Shown here: piece after piece, positions 7,993 through 17,698 of the stretch
Layout of the letters: the number at the start of each line of letters is the position of its first letter
How positions within the stretch are numbered: position 1 is the stretch's first letter
Source: Salmonella phage vB_SenS_UTK0006
Sequence record: OQ359885.1
Length of the DNA: 49,025 nucleotides
Direction: 5' to 3' (one strand)
The notes under the pieces: generated by a model
Databases searched by the model: none
Told to the model about the DNA's origin: nothing
What the model saw: only the letters and a program-made list of their open reading frames with translations
Position numbers and translations under genes: made by a program

Positions 7993-8114
7993 GAACATAA
8001 GAGGCTCAATAGAGCAAAGAGCGGCGCGTTAGCCGTAAAACCTAATCGGATGGGATTGCATAGCAAACGACCATCGCGGGAACCGTAACCCGCAACCATT
8101 CAGGAGAATTCACG

Positions 8115-8276
8115 ATGCAAAACAAAGAAATCGCAAAGGTAACTATCATCGTCGAGCGTGACGGAAAGAAAACGCGATACAAGAAGCGATTTAAACAAGG
8201 TGAGGCGATGTTAGGCCGGATCGGTGATTTCATGGTGAAATTGCAAGAGGATAAACCGGATGAAATTCAAGGTTAA
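8115..8276 (+). CDS. hypothetical protein, 53 aa
   Basis: MQNKEIAKVTIIVERDGKKTRYKKRFKQGEAMLGRIGDFMVKLQEDKPDEIQG; RBS caggagaattcacg. Confidence 0.55.
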   Translation: MQNKEIAKVTIIVERDGKKTRYKKRFKQGEAMLGRIGDFMVKLQEDKPDEIQG

Positions 8277-8442
8277 GCTAACTATCCGGCGCATGGGTCG
8301 CAATTGCGGATCATGTAAACAAGATTTCGAATGCGAGGTTGAAGCGCTAAACAATGTTGATGCGGTTCAATGTGCTAAAGTTCTTTCAGGTGCTAACCCT
8401 GAAACACACCAATTTTCAATTAATTATGTGAGGGCTATATAA
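8260..8442 (+). CDS. hypothetical protein
   Basis: 60-aa ORF, CxxC motif. Confidence 0.5.
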   Translation: MKFKVKLTIRRMGRNCGSCKQDFECEVEALNNVDAVQCAKVLSGANPETHQFSINYVRAI

Positions 8443-8672
8443 TGCTGATGTTCATTGCGGGTTTTGGTTTTTGTGCGATTATCTGTTTCTTTCTCTATCT
8501 TTGTGTTTCGTGGGGTGTACAGCGTTGCGTAAAAGACAACGAATTAGTGATCGCCATTTACGAAAATAAAACTGATAAATGGAAGATTACTAAAAACTTT
8601 GAAAAGATTGCTGATGAAATTGCATTCCGTCGCAAGTTTGGCAAGCCTGGAAGCATTAAGTACATCGACTGA
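8442..8672 (+). CDS. membrane-anchored hypothetical protein
   Basis: 76-aa ORF with N-terminal TM MLMFIAGFGFCAIICFFLYLCV. Confidence 0.55.
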   Translation: MLMFIAGFGFCAIICFFLYLCVSWGVQRCVKDNELVIAIYENKTDKWKITKNFEKIADEIAFRRKFGKPGSIKYID

Positions 8673-8690
8673 TGCAACAGCAAAAAGATA

Positions 8691-8713
8691 ACCCGCCTTG
8701 AGCGGGTTTTTTT
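8691..8713 (+). terminator. intrinsic terminator before the late region
   Basis: ACCCGC cttga GCGGGT TTTTTT. Confidence 0.85.
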
Positions 8714-8762
8714 GTGTCTGCAATTTAGCTATAATCATGCCTCAACAATGGAGGATTCTATT

Positions 8763-9287
8763 ATGGCAAAAAAAACAGATGCGCCAGCGGCTGAAAGCCT
8801 GAATTTTAAGAAACTATGGAATAAGCAATATTCAGATCTCATTGGCACTAAACTTGATAAGCGCACAACGCTAACGCCAGAGCAGGTTATGAATTTGATT
8901 GTTCAGTATTTTGAATGGGCTGAATCAAACGCTATTAAAGCAGGTGAAACGGCAACATTTCAGGGGCGTGTTTATCAGGACACAATTCACAAGCCACGCA
9001 TTTTCACATGGGAAGCGTTGAAATTGTTTTGTGGCTTTTCCGGCACAGCACTAGCGAAATGGAAATTAAAGCCTGGTTATGATGTTGTGATAGAGTTTGC
9101 CGAATCGGTAATTAAAGAACAAAAATACCAGTTAGCGGCAAACGGAATGATTAACAGCACCATGATCGCAAAAGAGCTTGGCATTGATAAGGGCGACACG
9201 TTCAATATTAGCGCTAACGCTGAAACGGAAGTTAACACGGAAGAAGCAATGAAAAACGCCGTCGCAAGCGTTCTAAGTAAAATTTAA
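8763..9287 (+). CDS. terminase small subunit (putative)
   Basis: position directly upstream of TerL; MAKKTDAPAAESLNFKKLWNKQYSDLIG... Confidence 0.7.
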   Translation: MAKKTDAPAAESLNFKKLWNKQYSDLIGTKLDKRTTLTPEQVMNLIVQYFEWAESNAIKAGETATFQGRVYQDTIHKPRIFTWEALKLFCGFSGTALAKWKLKPGYDVVIEFAESVIKEQKYQLAANGMINSTMIAKELGIDKGDTFNISANAETEVNTEEAMKNAVASVLSKI

Positions 9288-9298
9288 AGGTGAATGCT

Positions 9299-10870
9299 AT
9301 GTTGATATGGGAAGATTTAAGCAAGCTGGAAAAGCTGGCTATTAAAGAATTGAGTACACACGATTTTGATACTTTCGTTAAAATCTGGTTCCCGATCCAG
9401 CAAGGGGAAAAATGGATTCCTAACTGGCATCACCTTTATATAGCAAGGGCGATTGATGAAATTATTGAAGGTACGCGGAAAGATACGATCTTTAATGTAA
9501 CTCCAGGCTCAGGTAAGACGGAATTACTTTCTATCCATTTTCCGCCGTACTCTTATTTAAAACTTAATAAGGTGCGAAACCTAAATATTTCATTTGCTGA
9601 TACTCTTGTTAAGCGAAACAGTAAGCGCGTCCGAGATCTGATTAACTCGCGAGAGTGGCAAGAGCTTTTCCCAGCTAAAACTGGCACAAGCAAGGATGAC
9701 GAATTCCAGGTTTTAAATGATGCTGGCAAAGTTCGCCTTGAAATGATTAGCAAATCAATGGGCGGTCAAATCACTGGTAGCCGTGGCGGTTATATCACTC
9801 CTGGTATTTATTCCGGTTGCGTTACGCTTGACGATCCAGAAAAGCCCGATGATATGTTTTCGAAGGTGAAGCGTGAGCGCGGTCAGATGATAGCGAAGAA
9901 CACCATTCGATCACGTCGCGCACATTCAGAAACGCCGATTATCGTTATTCAGCAGCGCCTACACGCGCAGGATATGACCTGGTTTCTGATGAATGGCGGA
10001 ATGGGTATTGAATTTGACCAGATATCAATTCCGGCGATGGTTACAGAGGAATACGGGAAATCGCTTCCTGATTGGTTGCAGCTGCACTTTGAAAAGGATG
10101 TGCTTTCGTCTGAATACATCGTTATTGACGGCGTGAAGTATTATTCTTTTTGGCCTAGCAAGGAAAGCATTCATGACTTGAAAGCGCTACGCGATGCGGA
10201 TTTATACACCTTCCTTTCGCAGTATCAGCAAGAGCCAATCGCGCTTGGCGGTAACGCAATTGATGTTTCATGGTTCCAGTATTACGGAACCGGAGAAAAA
10301 GCGACAATGCCAAAACCGGATCGCTTTGATTATACCGTCATTACGGCTGATACCGCTCAGAAAGAAGGTGAGCTAAACGACTACAGCGTTTTGTGTTATT
10401 GGGGTATGTTTAAAGGCCGCGCTTATTTCATTGATGGTGTTCGCGGTAAATGGGAAGCGCCAATGTTAGAAACGCAGTTTAAAGCGTTCGTTAGCCAATG
10501 CTGGAAGCGTAACAAAGAGTGCGGTAATTTGCGTAAAATCTATGTGGAAGATAAAGCTAGCGGTACAGGTTTGATCCAGAATTGCCGCAAGTCATTTCCG
10601 ATAGAAATTACACCTTTGCAGCGTGATAAAGACAAGGTTACACGGTGCATGGACGCGCAGCCAGTTATAAAAAACGGTTATGTCGTATTGCCTGAATCGC
10701 ATCACATGTTAAGTGAATTTCTGGCAGAGGCGGCGGCTTTCACTTATGATGATAGTCATCCTCATGATGATATTATGGATAACCTTTTTGATATTGTTAA
10801 TATTGAGATCAACCTTGCTGATAACGCTGTTGAACGAATGAAGCGTTTAGCTGGATTAGCAAAGCGTTAA
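9299..10870 (+). CDS. terL: terminase large subunit
   Basis: Walker-A-like NVTPGSGKTELLS, GVTLDDPEKP, nuclease region DYTVITADTAQKEGELNDYSVLCYWG. Confidence 0.9.
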   Translation: MLIWEDLSKLEKLAIKELSTHDFDTFVKIWFPIQQGEKWIPNWHHLYIARAIDEIIEGTRKDTIFNVTPGSGKTELLSIHFPPYSYLKLNKVRNLNISFADTLVKRNSKRVRDLINSREWQELFPAKTGTSKDDEFQVLNDAGKVRLEMISKSMGGQITGSRGGYITPGIYSGCVTLDDPEKPDDMFSKVKRERGQMIAKNTIRSRRAHSETPIIVIQQRLHAQDMTWFLMNGGMGIEFDQISIPAMVTEEYGKSLPDWLQLHFEKDVLSSEYIVIDGVKYYSFWPSKESIHDLKALRDADLYTFLSQYQQEPIALGGNAIDVSWFQYYGTGEKATMPKPDRFDYTVITADTAQKEGELNDYSVLCYWGMFKGRAYFIDGVRGKWEAPMLETQFKAFVSQCWKRNKECGNLRKIYVEDKASGTGLIQNCRKSFPIEITPLQRDKDKVTRCMDAQPVIKNGYVVLPESHHMLSEFLAEAAAFTYDDSHPHDDIMDNLFDIVNIEINLADNAVERMKRLAGLAKR

Positions 10871-10881
10871 TGTGTAAAATC

Positions 10882-10908
10882 AAAGGCTGGAATATTCCGG
10901 CCTTTTTA
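10882..10908 (+). terminator. putative intrinsic terminator between terL and portal
   Basis: AAGGCTGG AATATT CCGGCCTTTTT. Confidence 0.5.
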
Positions 10909-10923
10909 TTATTGGGGGTAATT

Positions 10924-12222
10924 ATGAGCAACAGCGTAAAGGCCATTGCTAAAGAAGATGGCTATACAGAGATTTTCGGATCTAAAGAGGGAACGTTTAG
11001 GCCAGCGGCTTTTTATATGGAAGGAATGAAATATAAAACGCTATCTCAGTTTTATGAAGAAGATGGAATGGCGCGGCGAATCGTTGATGTTATTCCAGAA
11101 GAAATGGTAACGCCTGGTTTTAAAGTTGACGGCGTAAAGGATGAAAAGGCTTTTAAATCACGATGGGATGAACTGCGATTAAACTCAAAGATTATTGATG
11201 CTCTTGCATGGTCGCGTTTATTTGGTGGCGCTGGAATTATCGCAGTTGTCGCAGATAACAGAATGTTGAAATCACCTGTTAAACCTGGCGCACAACTTGA
11301 AGATATTCGCGTTTATGATCGCAATCAGATCACCATTCAGGAAAGAGAAACTAACGCTCGAAGCATTCGATACGGTGAGCCAAAGATTTACAAGATCTCG
11401 CCTGGTGGTGATATTCCTGAATTTTTCGTTCATTACTCGCGAATTTGCATTATCGACGGCGAGCGCGTTTCTAACGAAAAGCGCCGCAATAATGGCGGTT
11501 GGGGTGCAAGCGTCTTAAACAAGCGTTTGATTGAGGCTATCGTTGATTATAACTACTGCCAGGAATTAGCAACGCAATTGCTACGCCGCAAACAACAAGC
11601 AGTATGGAAAGCGCGTGATCTGGCGGCAATGTGTGACGACGAAGATGGGCGCTATGCGGCGCGTTTGCGCTTGGCTCAGGTTGACGACGAAAGCGGAGTT
11701 GGTAAGGCTATTGGTATTGATGCGGAAGATGAAGATTACACGGTGCTGAATTCTGACGTTTCCGGCGTTCCTGAATTCCTACAGGAAAAGATTGATCGCA
11801 TTGTTGCTCTAACTGGCATCCATGAAATCATCCTCAAAAATAAGAACACTGGCGGCGTTTCTGCGAGTCAAAACACGGCACTTGAGACTTTCTATAAGTT
11901 GATTGATCGAAAGCGTGGAGAGGATTACAAGCCGATTCTTGAATTTCTTTTGCCGTTCATGATCACAGAGCAAGAATGGTCGATTGAATTCGAGCCGTTA
12001 AGCGTTCCGAGTGATAAGGATAAAGCTGAAATCATGGCTAAAAACGTTGAGTCAATCGTTAAGCTGAAAGCAGAGCAAGCGATCGATCTCAAGGAGACAC
12101 GAGAGACTTTGCGTTCAATTTGCCCTGACATTAAAATCAGTGATGGTGATAACATTGAACTACCAGATCCAGAAGAAGAACAGGAACCGGAACCAGGAAC
12201 GGAGGAATTAAACAATGAATGA
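10924..12222 (+). CDS. portal protein, DUF1073-type
   Basis: motifs DGMARRIVDVIPEEMVTPGFKV, ALAWSRLFGGAGI, ASQNTALETFYKLI; position after TerL. Confidence 0.85.
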   Translation: MSNSVKAIAKEDGYTEIFGSKEGTFRPAAFYMEGMKYKTLSQFYEEDGMARRIVDVIPEEMVTPGFKVDGVKDEKAFKSRWDELRLNSKIIDALAWSRLFGGAGIIAVVADNRMLKSPVKPGAQLEDIRVYDRNQITIQERETNARSIRYGEPKIYKISPGGDIPEFFVHYSRICIIDGERVSNEKRRNNGGWGASVLNKRLIEAIVDYNYCQELATQLLRRKQQAVWKARDLAAMCDDEDGRYAARLRLAQVDDESGVGKAIGIDAEDEDYTVLNSDVSGVPEFLQEKIDRIVALTGIHEIILKNKNTGGVSASQNTALETFYKLIDRKRGEDYKPILEFLLPFMITEQEWSIEFEPLSVPSDKDKAEIMAKNVESIVKLKAEQAIDLKETRETLRSICPDIKISDGDNIELPDPEEEQEPEPGTEELNNE

Positions 12223-12955
12223 TGTCTCATGGAGATTTCCAGAGGCAACGAGGCGCGACGTTGATCGCGCCTTACAATTGCTTGTGAGGGATCTTGTTAT
12301 AAGAATGCGCCGTAACACAAAGCGCCTTAAATTTGATGATCAGGTTAGTGAGGCGGCGGCAGATAATGAATCATACGCAGAGGAATTAATTTCAGCATTC
12401 ATCGCGCTACTGCCAACTTTCGCGATATCCATCTATAAATTCAACTCAAAGGAATTTATCAGGATCGCAAATAAGACAGGAGGCAAGAATAATTTATCCG
12501 TCCTGTTGCTGATTGGTCGAGGTGCTAACGCTGGTGAATCGTGGTACGCGCCTAAATATCATGTATGGCGGCAAATGGTGCGCGACTCTATCAGAAAGAT
12601 GGTTGACAATATTCTTGACGATTGGGAAATGCAAGTAAGGTTAGCCGAATTGCACGAAGCGGATCAGAAAAGATTAAACGCAATTATCGAAAGGCGATTT
12701 AAGGTCTATAAAAATTGGGCGTCACGTCGCACTTCTGGTATAGTTGGCGCTTGGAATAGCGTGTTAATGTATCAGCGTTGTGTTGATGCTGGCGTTACCC
12801 ATTATATTTGGCGCGGTCAGTTAGATGATCGCGAGCGTGAAAAACATTTGATGTGGGAAAAGAAACGGATCGCCTTAACATCTAATCACGTTTTTCCTGG
12901 TGAGGAATTTAATTGTCGTTGTTGGGCGCAACCGGATTGGGAGACAGCAAAATGA
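12215..12955 (+). CDS. head morphogenesis protein (Mu gpF-like)
   Basis: C-terminal YIWRGQLDDREREKHLMWEKKRIALTSNHVFPGEEFNCRCWAQP. Confidence 0.85.
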   Translation: MNDVSWRFPEATRRDVDRALQLLVRDLVIRMRRNTKRLKFDDQVSEAAADNESYAEELISAFIALLPTFAISIYKFNSKEFIRIANKTGGKNNLSVLLLIGRGANAGESWYAPKYHVWRQMVRDSIRKMVDNILDDWEMQVRLAELHEADQKRLNAIIERRFKVYKNWASRRTSGIVGAWNSVLMYQRCVDAGVTHYIWRGQLDDREREKHLMWEKKRIALTSNHVFPGEEFNCRCWAQPDWETAK

Positions 12956-14061
12956 AAAAGGTGCAACGTTTTGATAGCGTAAGAGTAAAGGCGCATTTTG
13001 ATGAACATGGTTTTTTAGTTGATCGGCCTATTGTAGCGCGGATTGGTTTGCAGATTTACCAAACGCCATTTGGAGAGCGTAGGGAGTTCAGGCCAGCAAG
13101 TGAAGTATTCAAGGCTGATTCACTGGCAACCTATGCAGGAAAACCAATCACAGTAGGTCACGTCACCGTAACGCCGGAAAATGCGCGTAATGTTGTTGTT
13201 GGTACTTGTTCAGGCGCTGGCATTCCAAATGGGATCGGAGTTGAAGCGCCTTTGAATATTTACGCAAAGGATGCAATTGAAAGCGCGAAGAAAAAACAAA
13301 CGGCTGAAATCAGCGTTGGCTATACTTCAATTGATATTGATAAGCCAGGTTGGGGGTCTAATGAAACTGGCGAATACATCTTTGAAGAAGATCTAAAAGA
13401 TGGTGAGCAGCCGCCGAAAGATTGGGTTAAGTTTGATGCGCTACAAACAAACATTAGCGTAAACCATATCGCGCTTGTTTTTAAAGGTCGTGCCGGAATT
13501 GCAAAATTGAATCTTGATAGCGAGCAGGAATTCCCGTATGATACTGACGTTAAATTAAATAAAGAGGACGAAGTTATGACCGTTAAAATTAAGCTGGATG
13601 GTGCTGTTGAATTTGACGTACCAAAAGAGGTTGCTACCTTTATCGAAACCGTAAAGGCAGATGCTGAAAAAGCCAAAACCAAAGCCGACAGCCTGGAGGC
13701 AGAGCGTGACGCGCTACAGTCGAAAGTTGACGGCATTCCGGCGCAGATTGAAGAAGCAGTGAAAAAAGCAAAAGCTGACGCTGATGAACATGCCGCACTG
13801 GTCGCTACCGCTTCCGAAGTTGGCGTAAAATGCGACGGACTAACAGCCAAAGAAATTAAGATCGCATATGTGAAAGAGGTCATGGGTAATGACATTAGCG
13901 CAAAGGCTGATGCATATATTGATACCGCTTTTGATATCGCGAAAGAATCTGATAAAATGGCGGCTCAACGTATTGCACTGAAAGGCGATTCAGCAAAAGA
14001 AAAAGAAGATGGCGCGGATTCTGTTTTAAATCCTTCCGCACGTCTGAACAAAGCTAAATAA
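12952..14061 (+). CDS. DUF2213-type head protein / scaffold-protease region
   Basis: LATYAGKPITVGHVTVTPENARNVVVGTC..., coiled-coil C-terminal scaffold-like region. Confidence 0.75.
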   Translation: MKKVQRFDSVRVKAHFDEHGFLVDRPIVARIGLQIYQTPFGERREFRPASEVFKADSLATYAGKPITVGHVTVTPENARNVVVGTCSGAGIPNGIGVEAPLNIYAKDAIESAKKKQTAEISVGYTSIDIDKPGWGSNETGEYIFEEDLKDGEQPPKDWVKFDALQTNISVNHIALVFKGRAGIAKLNLDSEQEFPYDTDVKLNKEDEVMTVKIKLDGAVEFDVPKEVATFIETVKADAEKAKTKADSLEAERDALQSKVDGIPAQIEEAVKKAKADADEHAALVATASEVGVKCDGLTAKEIKIAYVKEVMGNDISAKADAYIDTAFDIAKESDKMAAQRIALKGDSAKEKEDGADSVLNPSARLNKAK

Positions 14062-14073
14062 GGAGAAAATATT

Positions 14074-14562
14074 ATGGCTCAGATTTCAGCAAGTTATCAT
14101 GTTGCAATGGCTCGCGCCTTGCCTGGTCAAGTTTCCGACACTTCCGCGTATAACATCGACGGAGCTTGTGTTCTTGAGAATGCAGCAGGCAATCAGAATA
14201 AGCCTGTTTTTGTTGGTGTGGCGGTCCAGCATGGCGGCGTTGATGCCATGGGCAATAAGCTGATTAAGCCGATGGAGGCAAGCGGCAAGGCTTACGGCGT
14301 TGCTATTCGATCCAACTTCCAGACCACATCTAAAGATGGTCGCATGGTTTATGAGGCTGGTAGCGGAATTAACGTAATAACTAAAGGGCGCGTTTGGATG
14401 TTATCTGTAGAGTCGGAAGCGCCAGCATTCAAAACAGCTATCAAACTTGATGATTCAGGACAGGTTGATTTAACGTCTGGATTAATTGAAACCACTTGGA
14501 TCGCAACTGGAGACTTTACGGAATTCCAAGGTCTAAAACTCGTTGAGGTTCAACTTGTATAA
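14074..14562 (+). CDS. structural cement/decoration-like protein (paralogue A)
   Basis: YNIDG...VNVITKGRVWML; position just before capsid. Confidence 0.65.
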   Translation: MAQISASYHVAMARALPGQVSDTSAYNIDGACVLENAAGNQNKPVFVGVAVQHGGVDAMGNKLIKPMEASGKAYGVAIRSNFQTTSKDGRMVYEAGSGINVITKGRVWMLSVESEAPAFKTAIKLDDSGQVDLTSGLIETTWIATGDFTEFQGLKLVEVQLV

Positions 14563-14566
14563 TAAT

Positions 14567-14590
14567 AAGGCCGGATTATTCCGGCCTTTT
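14567..14590 (+). terminator. intrinsic terminator
   Basis: AAGGCCGG attatt CCGGCCTTTT. Confidence 0.65.
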
Positions 14591-14605
14591 ATATATGGTG
14601 GTTTT

Positions 14606-15046
14606 ATGTCTGATTACGGTTCTATAATAGGTATAGTTGAAAATGGGTGCTTGGTAGATTCAAGCCTTTATAATATAGATGGCTCGCCAGTTATGGATGT
14701 TTCAGCCGTGATAGGTAAGGCCGTATGTGTTGATCGCATATCTTCCGGTTACAAAATAATCAGCCACAATTTTAATGAAAACTCAAAGCATTACGGAATC
14801 GTTACGCGTGATTATATGGATTTTTGCAAAGAATATTACGACGCCGGAGATCCGGTTAACGTAATAACTCATGGTCGAATTTGGGTAATCACTCATGACG
14901 AACAGGATATTCCATCGTATAAAGATCCTGTTTTTGTTAAAGACAATGGCTCTATATCAACAAGTGGATTTCCTACTAGTTGGTTTTTTACTGGCGAATA
15001 CGTAAGATATTCACACGGATATATTTTACTATCAGTTCAGTTGTAG
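14606..15046 (+). CDS. structural cement/decoration-like protein (paralogue B)
   Basis: shares YNIDG, NVITHGRIWVI, WFFTGE with the preceding ORF. Confidence 0.65.
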   Translation: MSDYGSIIGIVENGCLVDSSLYNIDGSPVMDVSAVIGKAVCVDRISSGYKIISHNFNENSKHYGIVTRDYMDFCKEYYDAGDPVNVITHGRIWVITHDEQDIPSYKDPVFVKDNGSISTSGFPTSWFFTGEYVRYSHGYILLSVQL

Positions 15047-15066
15047 CGTGCTAACACAAAAAACAC

Positions 15067-15094
15067 TTGAACGTTTAACAAAAAATGCTATATT
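15067..15094 (+). promoter_or_regulatory. capsid promoter containing a variant palindrome
   Basis: TTGAAC (15067-15072), 16 nt, TATATT (15089-15094); TAACAAAAAATGCTA at 15076-15090. Confidence 0.7.
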
Positions 15095-15118
15095 AAAGCC
15101 GTTATTGTGACGGCTTTT
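15095..15118 (+). terminator. hairpin in capsid leader (terminator-like or 5'-UTR stem)
   Basis: AAAGCCG ttattgtga CGGCTTTT. Confidence 0.35.
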
Positions 15119-15135
15119 CTATGAGGGGAAATATT

Positions 15136-16113
15136 ATGTCTAAAGAAAAAATTAAATTTGATGAATTTGAAGCGTCTGTGATTTCTAATCACCTGCAACT
15201 GCAAGGCGCTAAAAACGATGCGTCTGATATGGGTATTTGGACGGCTCAAGAGCTACACAAAATTAAGTCTCAGGCTTATGAGAAAGAATATCCGGCAGGT
15301 TCCGCACTGCGTGTATTCCCTGTAACGTCAGAGCTTTCCGATACTGACAAAACTTTTGAATACCAGACTTTCGACAAAGTAGGTCACGCAAAAATCATCG
15401 CTGATTATACTGATGATCTGCCAACTGTTGACGCGATGATGACTTCTGAATTTGGTAAAGTGTTCCGCCTGGGTAATGCGTTCCTGATTTCCATTGACGA
15501 AATCAAAGCAGGTCAACGCACTGGCAAGAGCCTTTCCACTCGCAAGGCAAACGCCGCACAGAATGCGCATGATCAGCTTGTCAATCACCTGGTTTTCAAA
15601 GGCTCTAAGCCGCACAAAATTATCAGTGTGTTTGAACATCCGAACATCACAACTATCACCTCCGCAGGTTGGAACAACGCCGCAGGTACTGGTAAAAAGC
15701 CGGAAACAGCACAGGATGAATTAGAGCAAGCGATTGAAAAAATCGAAACGCTGACCAACGGGCAGCACCGCGCTACTCACATTCTGATCCCGCCGTCAAT
15801 GCGTAAGGTTTTGAGCGTTCGTATGCCGGAAACCACCATGAGCTATCTTGATTACTTCAAGCAGCAGAATGGAGGTATCACTATCGAATCCATTTCCGAG
15901 CTTGAAGATATCGACGGCGCAGGGACTAAAGCGGCGCTGGTTTACGAAAAAGATCCGATGAACATGAGCATTGAGATTCCAGAAGCGTTTAACATGCTGA
16001 CCGCGCAACCTAAAGACCTGCATTTCAAAGTGCCTTGCACCTCTAAATGTACTGGCCTGACGATTTACCGTCCGTTGACGCTGGTTCTGATTAAAGGTCT
16101 TGTAGTAGGCTGA
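15136..16113 (+). CDS. major capsid protein, DUF2184-type
   Basis: RVFPVTSELSDTDKTFEYQTFDKVG...RATHILIPPSMRKVLSVRMPETTMSYLDYF; location. Confidence 0.85.
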   Translation: MSKEKIKFDEFEASVISNHLQLQGAKNDASDMGIWTAQELHKIKSQAYEKEYPAGSALRVFPVTSELSDTDKTFEYQTFDKVGHAKIIADYTDDLPTVDAMMTSEFGKVFRLGNAFLISIDEIKAGQRTGKSLSTRKANAAQNAHDQLVNHLVFKGSKPHKIISVFEHPNITTITSAGWNNAAGTGKKPETAQDELEQAIEKIETLTNGQHRATHILIPPSMRKVLSVRMPETTMSYLDYFKQQNGGITIESISELEDIDGAGTKAALVYEKDPMNMSIEIPEAFNMLTAQPKDLHFKVPCTSKCTGLTIYRPLTLVLIKGLVVG

Positions 16114-16129
16114 TAATTCAATTAATATA

Positions 16130-16156
16130 GGGAACCGTTAAAAGGTTCCCTTTTTT
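16130..16156 (+). terminator. intrinsic terminator
   Basis: GGGAACC gttaaaa GGTTCCC TTTTTT. Confidence 0.85.
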
Positions 16157-16174
16157 ATATATGGAGAAAAACAA

Positions 16175-16447
16175 ATGGCTAAAGAAAAAGAAATTACACT
16201 GGTTAACACTGGCGTTGCACTGATTATTATTGATCGCATTGACGTTATGCCAGGTAAGGAAATTACCGTTGCGGAAAGCGTGTTAGAGCGGCAAGGCACT
16301 AAAGCACTTATGGCAGAAGGTAAGCTAACAATCAAAGATAACAGCGATCTCAATGCTGAAATCGTTGAAGCGTTTAAGAGCAAGCGCAAAAAAGATCCGA
16401 ACGAAGGCAAGACAAAAAAAGAGCTTGAGGACGGCGGCGAGTATTAA
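16175..16447 (+). CDS. hypothetical head-proximal structural protein
   Basis: 90-aa ORF in head module. Confidence 0.65.
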   Translation: MAKEKEITLVNTGVALIIIDRIDVMPGKEITVAESVLERQGTKALMAEGKLTIKDNSDLNAEIVEAFKSKRKKDPNEGKTKKELEDGGEY

Positions 16448-16452
16448 TTAAT

Positions 16453-16479
16453 AAAGGCGCTTATTTAGCGCCTTTTTTA
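16453..16479 (+). terminator. intrinsic terminator
   Basis: AAAGGCGC ttatttA GCGCC TTTTTT. Confidence 0.85.
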
Positions 16480-16492
16480 TTGGGGGTAAATC

Positions 16493-16897
16493 ATGAATGA
16501 TATTGAGATCTTAGAGCAGATTTATAAACTTGCTCCAGCATTTAAAAAAGTAGATCCTGAATTGATTCAGGCATGGATCGAATTAGCAAAAGATTTCGTT
16601 TGCGTTAACCACTTCAAAGACAAGTACAATCGCGCTGTTGCTCTTTATACGTTGCACCTGATGACTCTTGACGGCGCAATGAAACAGGAAGGTGAAAGCG
16701 TAGAAAGCTACTCGCATCGTATAGCGTCATTTTCCCTGACTGGTGAGTTTTCTCAGACATTCAGCAAAGTTAGTGACGACACAAGCGGTAACACGTTGCG
16801 CCAAACGCCGTGGGGTAAAATGTATGAAGTTCTTAACAAGAAAAAAGGCGGCGGATTTGGCCTTACAACTGCCTTTCGTCGGAGGTGCTCACGATGA
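16493..16897 (+). CDS. head-tail connector, DUF4054-type
   Basis: [15 protein letters not shown]...VKSYSHR-like; [23 protein letters not shown]. Confidence 0.7.
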   Translation: MNDIEILEQIYKLAPAFKKVDPELIQAWIELAKDFVCVNHFKDKYNRAVALYTLHLMTLDGAMKQEGESVESYSHRIASFSLTGEFSQTFSKVSDDTSGNTLRQTPWGKMYEVLNKKKGGGFGLTTAFRRRCSR

Positions 16898-17265
16898 ATT
16901 ATGAACAAATCAGATTTATGGCATCGGCTGGAATTAATTTTTTTAGCGATGGAACTGGTGAATTTGATTGCATTACTCAACCTGGAAGCGTTGAAATTGT
17001 TGGCGGTATTGAGGTTGAAAAACCTGAAATAAAGGTGAAGATTAAAGGTCTTGTGAGAGCACCACGGACGCGAGAAGTTGACGGAGAGACAATTAGAGTT
17101 ACCGACAAGTTAGGCGTTTTTAATGCTGATGTAGAGCTTAAAAACGGATATCAGATTGATATCGACGGCGAGCGTTATGTTATGGTTGAAACAAGACCAA
17201 TCAGACCAACAAGCATTACCGTTGCTTACCGTCCAATAATGCGGAGGGTTGCGGTTCATGGCTGA
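16885..17265 (+). CDS. head-tail connector/completion protein
   Basis: 126-aa ORF in connector position. Confidence 0.6.
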   Translation: MLTMNYEQIRFMASAGINFFSDGTGEFDCITQPGSVEIVGGIEVEKPEIKVKIKGLVRAPRTREVDGETIRVTDKLGVFNADVELKNGYQIDIDGERYVMVETRPIRPTSITVAYRPIMRRVAVHG

Positions 17266-17698
17266 TTATTCGATCCGAGAATTTCATGGCAATGTTGATA
17301 AATGGATCGAGCAAGTAGAAAGCGGATTGAATGACGTGATTCAGATTTTTGGTGAAAAGGTTCACGGCGCATTAGTTGATATTGCGCCAGTGGACACAGG
17401 ACGATTCAAAGCAAATATGCAGATCACAGCAAACAAGCCACCTCTTTACGCGCTCAATCAATATGATCCTGATGGTGAGAAAACAAAGGCGGAAGGTCGC
17501 AGGACGCTTTATGCTTTATTGCATGGCGGCGGCGCTATTAAATCAATATACTTTTCCAATATGCTGATTTACGCTAATGCTCTTGAATATGGTCATTCAA
17601 AGCAAGCGCCAGCTGGGGTATTTGGTATCGTTGCGATCCGGTTGCGCTCTTACATGGCGGAAGCGATAAGGGAGGCGAGAAAGAAAAATGCACTATGA
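17258..17698 (+). CDS. tail completion protein (HK97 gp10-like)
   Basis: VHGALVDIAPVDTGRFKANMQ...; position. Confidence 0.65.
   Translation: MADYSIREFHGNVDKWIEQVESGLNDVIQIFGEKVHGALVDIAPVDTGRFKANMQITANKPPLYALNQYDPDGEKTKAEGRRTLYALLHGGGAIKSIYFSNMLIYANALEYGHSKQAPAGVFGIVAIRLRSYMAEAIREARKKNAL

Noticed and set aside
7940-8080. Possible tRNA (gattggtagattaaacgcc resembles a D-arm)
   Set aside because: No acceptor/T-arm pairing and no GGTTCRANNC motif at the expected position; the folding potential is different.
8691-8735. A fourth terminator-nested promoter with 17-nt spacing
   Set aside because: The loop TTGAGC is 26 nt from TATAAT (8730-8735); the hexamer at 17 nt is CAATTT, so it does not fit the rule seen at the other three sites.
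10924-12222. Anti-CBASS Acb1 activity for the DUF1073 portal-type protein
   Set aside because: Family names sometimes link these domains, but position and length fit a portal protein and I see no reason in the sequence to claim nuclease activity.
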